A DNA stretch of 64,000 nucleotides from NCBI RefSeq assembly GCF_037042905.1, contig NC_087245.1:682001-746000 (forward strand), given 5' to 3'. The DNA is from Lytechinus pictus. Taxonomy: Eukaryota. Position 1 is the stretch's first letter; the number at the start of each line of letters is the position of its first letter. Positions 53,345 through 64,000 of the stretch are shown here, piece after piece. Position numbers and translations under genes: made by a program. A model generated the notes under the pieces. It had not been told where the DNA came from. It saw only the letters and a program-made list of their open reading frames with translations, and searched no databases.

Positions 53345-54056
53345 AAACAAGTGGAATGCCTCTGGTAGTCTCGCTTGCATTACGCGATTAAGTATAGCAG
53401 CAGTGCTGACTTTGAAAAGATGAAAAAAATTCATGAAAAACACCATTCATATCATATGATAATAAGATCTTAAATTCATTGACCCTAAATGACCTTTAAC
53501 TTTGATCATGAGATCGCAGACTTGTGCAAGACAATCAGTTATACTTGATTACCCTTATTTTCATGTTTCATGAACAAGATCTATTAACTTGCAAAGTTAT
53601 TCCATTTCAGCAAGTACCATCAACATGATCAAGTTCATTGACCGTTCATTGACCCCTAATGACCTTTGAACATAATCATGTGACCTGAACCATTTGCAAG
53701 CAGATCAGTGATACTTGATTACTCTTATTTTTGAATTTAATGAACTTGGTCCCTTTACTTTAAAAGTTCTGACATTTAAAATCTTTATCTTGGTTAAGAT
53801 TTCAATGTTGCTTCCTCTAACATGTCAAGTTCAAAGACCCTGGATGATTTGACCTTGGTCATGTGACCTGAATCTCAGGCAGGATGTTCAGTGATATTCG
53901 ATAACCCTGTTGTATAAGTTTTATGTAATACATTAAGTTCGTATACCTTCTAATATATGATGAAATTTAAAAAAGTTGACTGGTTAAGATTTCTAAGTTG
54001 ACGCCGCCGACAAGCAGCGTATATAGTCTCGCTCTGCTATGCAAGCAAGACAAAAA
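53345..54056 (+). mobile_element. Helentron-associated / HINE(DINE)-like non-autonomous element
   Basis: Starts AAACAAG, ends ACAAAAA; subterminal GTCTCGCTTGCAT inverted with terminal ATGCAAGCAAGAC; terminal stem-loop GTCTCGCT...AGCAAGAC; internal repeats rich in TGACC. Confidence 0.65.
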
Positions 54057-54326
54057 TCATAAAGCATACCTCAGGTGGCCCATCATCTTAACCAGAATTT
54101 ATTGACCAAGTTTTTATTGCTTTGTATTCTATTAACATTATTATTACCACTGTACTCATAGTAGATAGAGCTGAAATGTACTGCTAAGAATTACATGTTA
54201 TTTACTGTAATAGTGTTTAGAAATGAATAGCTTATATTATTAAGGATCCCACCGTAAAGCTTATAGAGTAGATTGTAATATTCAAATGTTGCTAAACAGG
54301 TTTCCAAAAGAAACTTATCAAACTTC

Positions 54327-54906
54327 ACAAGCGAACTACAGAAATTACCCTTAGTCAAAATGAACAAAATTTTGACACAGGCTAGCTTCAATCATCTTTA
54401 CTAAACACATGTAAAACAAATAAGAGATTGGCTTAATCACAAACAGGCTGTAGCCCTTCAAATAAATTGGTTTCAGAATCCAAAGTCACAAAATGACAAA
54501 AGAAAGACCAATGAAAATGAGATGGGATTAAATAAACTTACCAGTTCATTAAAGTTCACAGTATGACCATCAGCATATTTAATTGATTAATAACTAAGAA
54601 GTTACTGGAGGTTAAATTAACATTTAAAACACACCTATTACACCTATTGAGGTCGAAGAAGCCTAATGCATGAATAGCAGTCAAGCAAAGAATGTCCATT
54701 TGGTTTAATCCTATCTCATTTTCATTGGTCTCTTTGCCATTTTGTGACTTTGGGTTCCAGAACCAATTGATTTGAGGGACTACAGCCTCTTTGTTATTAA
54801 ACCAATCATTTAATTATTGACACGGGCTTAGTAAAGATTATTGAAGCTAGCTTGTGTAAAAAAATTGTTCATTTTGACTGAGTAGAATTTGTGTAGTGCG
54901 TTTGTG
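54327..54906. mobile_element. old palindromic MITE (~200-bp diverged arms)
   Basis: 54327-54531 is the imperfect reverse complement of 54704-54906. Confidence 0.75.
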
Positions 54907-55859
54907 TTGAAACCCAGTTTATATTCATTTGTTCTCTTTCTTTGAAGAGAAGTCGGTCAAGCCTCATGATTGATCAAATTAATTTATGAATCACATGTGT
55001 GATAGGTGTTTTCCCAAGCCTCGATCGTCCGACAAACGGATCAATGTTGTTCAAAAGATAATAAAATATATGTCTTATTTTATCATATTCCTTAAAATCG
55101 TGTTTTTCTTAATTCTCAGAGATAAAAGCAATAATGCACTGCAATAATGCATAAGACAACATTTCAGACAGATAAGCCAACAGTAATTGTTTCCCCGCAA
55201 ACCTTACCATCCAATATATCTCCCTCTCTTCATCTAAGAGGAGTGTGACGGGTGGGCTGCACCGATCTGTATACTGTCAGATAGTATTCAGATCAGTCAC
55301 TGGTGGGCTAACATTGATTTATTGGTTTGAAACAAGGAACGTAGAGGGCACCAACACAGGGCAGGCAAGTGTTGCTGCCCTTTACGTTCGTTGGAAATAA
55401 TTAGTGTTGTAGGAGAGAGGGTATGGGTAGAATTCTAGGTCAATATGAGATTGTAATAGAGATCAAGTGTGATACCACATTCTCACCAACCAGACCTAGT
55501 TTGACGTACGATCGCGGGCGACACTGGCTCACACATGATCAGCTTTCCCCTTCCTTTTCTCTCCATGGATCAGCTTTTCGACAAATTATTATTCGTAGTT
55601 ACGTACAATTTTACGAAACTATACTGTAGACAAACCGGCAATTAAAGGCATAAGTTAACGTTATAGACATGTGATTTAAAAAAAAACAAAGGAGAGATGA
55701 AATATGTACATGCATGGATGCCTTTCTATCAACCTAAAAAGTAAAAACTTAATGATTTTCGGAAGCGATTTTTTTTTTCTGGGCTTCATTTTTGCAAAAT
55801 ATCACAAACACAGGTGACAAGTGGGACCGCGCAGCTCAGATTTTTTTAGAGTCAAATCA

Positions 55860-56390
55860 AGATTGTAAGATTTTATTGACTCTATCGACCCCCTCTCGGG
55901 GTATGAGAGTACGAACATATATACAATACATGAATACAAAAACATAAGTGATAATACAAAAACGTAAGTCATAATACAAAAACAAGTGATAATAACATGA
56001 ACGTGTGAAAATAAAAGATAACATATTTACAAGTCAAAGCGTTTAGGTCGTTTGACTACTCTACCACTACCTGTACACACATTCTCATCTAGATAAACTA
56101 TACTTTCTATAAAACTACTGTATGTCTTCTTTGGTTTTGAAAAATACAATACAATTATTTTGACAAATTTTGTTAGTTTTTTTCAGGTGGCAAGCATTAG
56201 CTGAATTAAATAGCTTGGCCGTGTGCAATGCATTTGGTCTACTGGCCGGTAGATTATTGGGTAATACAAAAGTCTCTCTTTGTGAAAAAAGGGATAAACG
56301 AAAATGTAATGAAATTAATCTCCTATGTCTGCATGTGAACATAGAGTACAATGCAATTCAGTTCCCAAGACCCCGTATTTTACCATTGTG
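55860..56390 (-). mobile_element. degenerate LINE 3' end
   Basis: Minus-strand AATAAA plus short ATCTT-type tail, preceded by hairpin ACTCT...CCCCGAGAGGGGG...AGAGT and a weak C-terminal RT-like remnant. Confidence 0.4.
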
Positions 56391-56479
56391 GTCAGTTCAT
56401 AACCCCATTTCAGGGTTTCGTGAGGCACACCCCCCATCAAAAAATAATTTGAGTCTCCCCCCCCCCCCGAGGAACAAAC

Positions 56480-57967
56480 CACTGGCGTAAATCCCGGGGG
56501 GGATGGGGGGATATATCCCCCCCCCACTTTTCGAGGAGGGGGGGGTGGCCTGTACAAACATCCCCCCCCCCCACTTTTTACGAAAGAAATGAAAAAAAAA
56601 TCACAAGAGATAATTGTTTTATTGGTGAAAATTCTTCCTAAAATACCGCTTAACAAATAAAACTATATTATTAAATCATAAAATGAAAATAAAGAGCCAT
56701 TTCACCATTTCCAAACGAAATACTTATGTCCTTAATATAACATTGAAGAGAAACCCCTGTTTCTTCCAATTCATCAATGTTGGGGTCTTTGGGAAGGGAT
56801 TAAGATGGAATGTCAATTTTTTTTAATGTAATCTCTAATAAAACCATTATTACCATCATGGGGTAAAAAAAGATAATAATATTGGAGGGGTATTTGCCAT
56901 ATGGACATACAGTGGCGTAACTATGGGGGGCACATCCCCCCCCCCCCCCCCCATCGGCTGACCAAAAACAAAAACGAGGAAAGGGGGAAAAGGAGAAAAG
57001 AGGGAGAAAGGAAGAGAAACGTAGTGGGAAAGAAGAAAATATTATTCATTATAATGTTATATTATTCATTATAATGTTATATTATATTATAATTATGTTA
57101 TGTTACATTACAACTTTATGACACATAATTTGCCCAGGGCCTACGTCTATTTTTATTGTTCCTGGTGCTCGCATTGTCTGTTAAACGAGATATATAATCC
57201 TATAACATACCGTTTTCAAGTCAATATAAACCAAATATATTTCCTAGCACTTGAGTTATCATTGTTTTATGTAGTGACATATGCTTCTTTTTCATGACTC
57301 AAAAGTGATTGCCCCATGTTAAGGTCTTCGTATATATGAAACATTTCCTGTCCGTGATTACGTTTGCATTAGTGGATTGGTGAGATATGTCTGCTCTTCA
57401 TGAATTCCTAAAATCAGTCCTTGAAATGTCCCTTCTTCTGATCTGAATATCAAAAATTTTCAGCTCGCGCTTCGCGCTCGCATCATTTGGTTAATGAAAT
57501 ACGTATGGTCCTAGTTAATTCCTACAAAGAAACCTTAGAATGCCCCACTTCAGGTCTGAATTATCTAAGTGTTCAGCTCGCGCTTCGCGCTCGCATTGTT
57601 TAGCGAGACAGGTACCTATCATGATTACACAAATTTGATTATATTGTCCCTTTTTAGGTGTGAATATAAAAAAATTTCAGCTCGCGCTTCGCGCTCGCAT
57701 TATTTGATCAGTGAGCTACATATCCGTTTAATGACATTGTCTTTAAAATGTCTCTATTAGGTCAGTATAACTGGCAACTTAGCGCACTCACTTAGTGATT
57801 CAAAAATTTTGCTGGTGCCCCCCCCCCCCTCCCCAATGCCGTGACCCACGGTACGCCACTGTGGACATATCAATGACAATTCCTTGCATATCTAAAAACA
57901 TGATTGCAAAAAATGCCAAAATATTTCAGTCATCCCCCCCACCCATCAACACGGATTTACGCCAGTG
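56480..57967. mobile_element. hAT-type MITE (outer) with 8-bp TSD
   Basis: CACTGGCGTAAATCC...GGATTTACGCCAGTG; TSD GAACAAAC. Confidence 0.9.
56910..57861. mobile_element. hAT-type MITE (inner, nested) with 8-bp TSD
   Basis: CAGTGGCGTA...TACGCCACTG; TSD TGGACATA; three CAGCTCGCGCTTCGCGCTCGCAT repeats. Confidence 0.9.
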
Positions 57968-59753
57968 GAACAAACCTTCCCTTATTAACAACAGGCAATC
58001 CATTTGTTCGACATCTGAATTTACTCAAAGTAACATAATCTTTCTTACACAGGATCTGTAAATACTTTTCAAACTTCATAGTATCCTTAAACATTCTATA
58101 ATTTGTACAAATTCTATTTGACCATGTGACTGCCCGCTACTCTTGAGTAAATATATCAAAAAGTCTAACTTTAGCAGTGTGTGAAATCCATGTAGCACTA
58201 AATCCATTCCCCTGTGCTAACCACACATTCCCTAGTCCTGCATACTCAAAAATATTTGTAATAAATGATAACTATTGTGAATTTGATGGAGATTGTAATA
58301 TGTCTCCTTGTAAATGCAAAAGAAATTTCATAATTGTAAATGAGTGCTTGGATTGTTCTCCCTTAACTAATCTCAATCAGATCATGCGACACTTAATATG
58401 ATTTATTATTACCCCACGTCCAGTTTTACCATATACCATACAATCAGGATTAAATTTGTTCACATGTAAGACTTTTCTTAAGAATTTTCTATGGGAAACT
58501 GTAATGTTAGCCAAAGCCTTTAAGCGATTTTTCGCTCAGCGATGTCATGGACATACGGGGCTTTCAGCGAAGCGTGCCTATATTTCATTTTCATTTATTT
58601 TCAATTTCCAACAATCATTTACAATAAATTTTGTTACATACATCTTGATATAATTATAATCAATAAAACAAGGAAACTTTATATGTATAATAATCAAGAT
58701 AACCATGTATCGGGTCGGAAACTGAGAAGCTGCTAAAAAGCGAAGCTTGTAGAATGCAGCCTCCTATTACATATTCGTATGAACAATGTAAACAAAATGC
58801 AAATACAACTTGGTAGAAATTTGAGCATGAATCAATTTGAATGTATAGTTTAAAAAACAAGAAAAAAAGAAATAGAAAATGAAAATGAAAAAAAGCGAGA
58901 TCACTAGTCTCCGGATTCTTGCCACGGCACTCACAGCGAATATTACGGATCAAAAGGTAAACGAAAAATATCATAATTCACGGTTCGTAATGCTGAGTAA
59001 AACAATTTCAAAAAATATAACGAATGAGTGATGAAGAGTTAAATAAAATAACGAGTATCTTGGAGAAACTTTTTTAACTTAAATTTAAAACAATGTAGGC
59101 TTGGGGAATCTTTGATAGTGTTAAGAGTGACCTTGTAACAATTTTATTCCCTTTTCTTGATATGAGAAAATACAATTCTGGATGTTAATAATTCTATTTT
59201 CAGCTTGGTTTTCGTAAAAATGTCAGCAAGTTATACTAATCATTATAGGCTCTGGTTATTTTATGTTTTATGAAATACTCCTTTAAAGAGCTCCATGCAG
59301 TGCCCTCATTTCTCGTAATATTACTGTACAGTACTGGGCATTGATTGATTGTAGACATCATATTTTGTCATGTGACTTGTTCCTCAGTTTACTTGGTGTC
59401 TTGTTCTTTTAAAAACCTCTTACACTCTTAAAAAGGTTGGGCAAAAAAGGCCCAATTCACTGGGCAACATAATTATACTGTCCACACAACTATTGGTTAA
59501 AATCTGTCCAAATTGGGTAATAAAAACTAAGAATTGGGTAACAAACGTGATAAATTTGCTCAATTGGATAGTTATTGCCCAGAACATGCAGAATATAACA
59601 TTTTTTTTTACCAGTACGTTGGCCAACATTTTATGTATGTAGTCTTAGATAACCAGTTTGTGTCTTTTATTATTATCAATATTTGTTTGAAAATATCTCA
59701 TAATCCTAGTTGGAATGTTCATTTTGTGTGTACATTATTCACCAAATCACTTT

Positions 59754-60330
59754 AAGGTCAAGTCCACCCCAGAAAAATGTTGATTTGAATAAATAGAGAA
59801 AATCAAACAAGCATTATGCTGAAAATTTCATCAAAATCTGTTGTAAAATAAGAAAGTTATGACATTTTAAAGTTTGGCTAATTTTTCAAAAAACAGTGAT
59901 ATGCACAACTCAGTGACATGCAAATGAGACAGTCGATGATGTCCCCCACTATTTCTTTTTTTTAATTGTTTTAATTATATAATATTTCATTTTTTACAGA
60001 TTTGACAATAAGGACCAACTTGATTGAACCATATAGTATTAATTAATGCTAATTCCACATGTTCGGGGAGGAATTAATCGTTGTTTCACACGACAACAGG
60101 GAGCAAATTGGAATATTTCATATAATAAAATACAAAAGAAATAGTGAGTGATGTCATTAGTCTCCTCATTTGCATACCGACAAGGATGTGAATATAACTG
60201 TTATGTGAAATTAAGTGAAACTTTAAAATGTCATAACATTCTTATTTTACATCCGATTTTGATGAAATTTTCAGTGTTATTCTTGTTGGACTTTTTTATT
60301 CGAATCAACTATGTTAGATGGACATGTCCT
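59754..60330. mobile_element. TTAA-flanked MITE (Kolobok-like)
   Basis: TTAAGGTCAAGTCCACC...GATGGACATGTCCTTTAA with inverted subterminal arms (AAATTTCATCAAAATC / GATTTTGATGAAATTT). Confidence 0.75.
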
Positions 60331-62307
60331 TTAACTTTGTTTAGATAAAACTGATATGAATTCATCTTAAGAATATGGAGACAAATTGATATTTCCTTGC
60401 CATATTTTGGTGATGAAAGAAAAGCTTTGTCAAGAAAGGATTTCGTTTATTCATCGCTTGCTTTGCTCAATCGTAATAATAGTAATGCTCGTTTTCGGAC
60501 AATTATCAATAATATCACTGCATGAGGCGCAAACTGGACTGGACTCAAAGACATGGTCTGATATGATCACTACGATTATTACACAATTAAGATCCCCGTT
60601 TTAATCGTGGCACGAATTTGTGAAAGTGGGAACTAGGTATAAAGTATTTTGTGTTACATTGTGTTGTGTGTATTCTTTTGATCAAACCTGAAATGGGCCA
60701 AAATTGACTTCTGTTCAAGACCCTGTGTACATGTATATACAAAACGATAAATCGAGGCACGTGAAATTTCCATAGGAGTCATGAATATGTGAGCTTTCTG
60801 AATTTAAATGTACATGAAACTTGTTTTTAGTAATTATTCCATGATAAAATGAGGTTTTTTTTAGGAGGGATGCGCTGTACATTTAGTGATCTGTGTGAAA
60901 GCAGGAATATAAATAAAGAAAAATAATGAAAATTTCAGTTTTTTGACAAGTGAAATATGTAAGACTTCGGTTTGTTAATTCTTCTCTCGGAAATTAGGCT
61001 CACCAAACTATAATTATAACTCTGCACATCCGCGATCAGAAAAACACAAAAAAATGATTGATTTGCTGGTTGAGGCAATTGTCAAGAACTGTGAATACAG
61101 CTGAAAGCAGAGGATATTCGCGACATTTGTGGTTTTAGATTCCAATCAATCAAACTAAGTTGATATAGGATTAACCTGTCATATGTTGATCTCAATGATG
61201 ATTGTCCTCTCGGCCCCCCCCCCCCTCCCCCCTCTCTCTCTATTTGTTATCAAAATCGAGACTAAACGTATGAAATAGTCCTTTCTAACATAAATCAGAG
61301 ATTTATATTCAAAGTTAGAAAGGACATTCTGAATATTTCCATACATTTAGTCTCGATTTTGATAATCGTTCGTTTGTGCCTATCATGCCTATGGTTATCA
61401 GGTTATCATTGTATACTTAATCTTTGACACCCCCCCCCCCCCCCCTCTTCCTTCAAATACACTCCTTCACGGTAAGACCATAGACCAACAATACTTAATT
61501 TTCAACACTATCGCAATGCTCAACAAACAAATTTTGAAGGACCCATGTTTTGGGATCTCTGCCAAATAATATTATTAGCTATTTGTCCTTAAATACGTTT
61601 AAATGTAAACTAAAATCCTTTATTGTGTCCAGCTATGGAATCAATTAAGACGCACTGGCTGAACAAAGATATAAATTGGTAATTTGCCTTGTTTTCTACC
61701 CTTCTATACCGCTTTTAAAGTTACGTTGCTGCGTTAGTTATGTTTTTTCTCTCTCTCTTTTCTTATCTTACCCCATTCAGTCGGCAGGTCTACAAAAAGT
61801 AGCTTCTTTTATCCAAGTGATATTCATGACTAGATGACTAGAGGGTTTTTTGCATTGTTAATTGTTGGTGCGGACGAAAACACCTCTTTTTATTCGGCCA
61901 TGCCGCTCTTCGACCAAATTTCATGTTTTTGGTAACTTTATAAAGAAAAATCATCCTTTCAGGGCATGTGTCTGGATATATAAAAAGATTTTGTAATATA
62001 TTTAGGTGAAACTTTCGATCTAAAACATGGTACAAAATAATTATTTTCATGCAACAAAAGTGGTTGGTTTTACACTTAATTTCTGTGTGAGTCCATGTAA
62101 TTAAAAGATTATGATAAAGCTTAAGATGATATAGGTTTAATAAGAAGATATATTTTAGATGGGTCAGCATCCAGCTTTTCATAGGCCAAGTACATTTAGC
62201 AGCTTAAAAAACAAGAATACTGCGCTCTGTTTGGTCATAGAGATCACACTCCCACTCAAATTCCAACATTCCATTGCTGGGGCCTGCCCAAGGTCACATC
62301 CACCGTA

Positions 62308-62405
62308 ATAATAATAATAATAATAACGGTATATATACCCAGGGTAGCCACTTCAGTTCCGAAAACTGTTCTCCCAGCGGGCCCTGCGATTATTATTACC
62401 CCGGA
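62308..62405 (-). mobile_element. possible SINE/LINE 3' end with (TTA)n tail
   Basis: (AAT)n tract abutting a GC-richer ~80 bp segment; family not identifiable. Confidence 0.35.
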
Positions 62406-63730
62406 TTGCTACCATGTAGCAATCTCTTCAAATTACCCGCGGCTGTACAGTTGTTCTGACACCTTATCCAGCCAATCAGAACTCTGGATTTCATGCTACT
62501 CAAAATTCAGAAATCTCGTCTCGTATTTTGATGGGAAAAGCTTGCTGCTGAAACATCTAAATTGTAAGAAAGTATAGGGTTTGAGCTTTTTGACGATATA
62601 AATAGTATTTGTGCCCCCCCAAAAAGAAAGTCTGGAACAATTTGCAAGAGAAAACAGAGGAATCTTTTCAGGCCTGAAATTCACTTATTTATCAAAATAT
62701 TTTATTCAAAAGAAATAACCAATATAAAAAAGTGACATTAATCTTTCATATGGTAAAAAAAATATAATTTTACTTGAGGAGAAAGTGTTTAAATTCTTTG
62801 AGAAAGAAAGTCCCACAATTCACGAGATTTTGCAGGGACATAAATTCAGCCACGAGAGGACTTGGATAAATCTTGCTCATTTTGCTCATTAGCATAGGGA
62901 CCCCTCCCACTCCCCCTCTCTCATTCTTTTGATGATTATATCCGCTTTTCCTCTCATTCTATACCCCACAATTTCCATGAATTCTTTTCACCTATCTTTG
63001 GCTCTTGCAAACATAGTCCATTTGTGTGGGTGTTTGAGGGGGTGTGGGTGTGTGTGTCTCATTTCATTGAATGTTGATTTCATATTTTAAAGGAACCTGC
63101 ATACTTTACATGCAAGCTCTGCTTTTTTTATGCAGGTTCCTTCATATTTTACTCATTTATGGTCATTCTTAATCTTATAATCTACTGTCTTTATTTGCTA
63201 TACTGAATTACCTTGCCACACTATTCTTTATCATCAAATGTGTTGCTTATCATGTTGGTATATTTTGTTATTTATTTTGTGAAATATGAAAATAAATTCA
63301 ACTCAAATCAAATGTATAGTTATTACTATCTTTTTACATGATTTGGGGAACGAATGAAATAACAGTTCTTCCTTTCATAAGATTAAGTGTAAGTAAACAT
63401 TGTAAGCAAATCTAATGAGCCAAAAATAACGAATTCCCGTTGTCACAAAAAGATGTACAATTCAATTTAATGCAATGATGGTTTCACTGTGAGAAATGAA
63501 TACATGACAAAAGTCCAAGGACTCATCATATTTACAAAATTAAAAGCATGTATAAATATTATTACAATTTGGGTTTTTAACCCAATACAGTGTATAAAAC
63601 CACAGTATAGACCAATTAGTCGATACAAGTGCAAATAATCATTCTCGCAAGTTCCAAAGAAACATTGCGATTGATTAATAAATAGTTCCCAATGTCACGA
63701 GTATGGAGGGGGCCGTAGCAAGATCAGGAC

Positions 63731-63780
63731 CAGTCTTCATCAAGCTTTCGGGCACATGCCCTTCATCAGGATCTAAACCA
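63731..63780 (-). ncRNA. minimal type I hammerhead ribozyme motif (Penelope-type)
   Basis: Minus strand reads GATC-CTGATGA-A-GGGC-ATGT-GCCC-GAA-AGCT-T-GAT: catalytic core, 4-bp stem II, palindromic stem III, short stem I. Confidence 0.7.
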
Positions 63781-64000
63781 ATATAGAAAATATACTATTA
63801 ACAACGATGAATACATTCCGTTGTCATTTTTTTGTCTCCATTTGTGGTGATTTAGCGATTACAAGTAAGTCGCGTAGTGATCTGTTTCGGCGAAAGGATG
63901 TCACGGGGGCTCTGGATATATTCGTAAAAGTGTGATCTTGTTTTTGATGAGAAGTCGTTATCGAGGTATGATGGAGGCTTTATGTATCTGTTTTGTTCCC
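63731..64000 (-). mobile_element. Penelope-like retroelement fragment (runs off window edge)
   Basis: Minus-strand translation APVTSFRRNRSLRDLLVIAK resembles the PLE RT-to-GIY-YIG linker motif (P...(F/Y)RR..(N/S)LRD.LV); hammerhead motif immediately 3'. Confidence 0.7.

Noticed and set aside
58000..58980. Weak LINE C-terminal-like peptide remnants (e.g. FEYAGLGNVWLAQG on the minus strand)
   Set aside because: Too fragmentary to assign boundaries or family without a search

Overview
AT-rich, intron-containing animal genomic DNA. The repeat types suggest an echinoderm, probably a sea urchin; this is inference only. Three host genes are supported. (1) The last six coding exons of a divergent SLCO/OATP organic-anion transporter (+, 382-6417). 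(2) A compact 102-aa secreted, extremely Asp/Ser/Glu-rich protein with a central RKRR convertase site (+, 17283-17591), a candidate biomineralization precursor. (3) A complete six-exon pyrroline-5-carboxylate reductase of the PYCR3 type (+, 23189-48101, 276 aa). The rest is dense with transposable elements: three LINE ORF2 remnants, many TIR/TSD-delimited MITEs (several nested), a Helentron/HINE-like element, and a Penelope-like fragment with a minimal hammerhead-ribozyme motif at the right edge. PYCR intron 1 holds a ~1 kb fold-back, a pair of 26-bp perfect palindromes with a compensatory change, and a near-perfect 1.62 kb tandem duplication. There is also a 61-bp minisatellite. No CRISPR array, rRNA or confident tRNA was seen.
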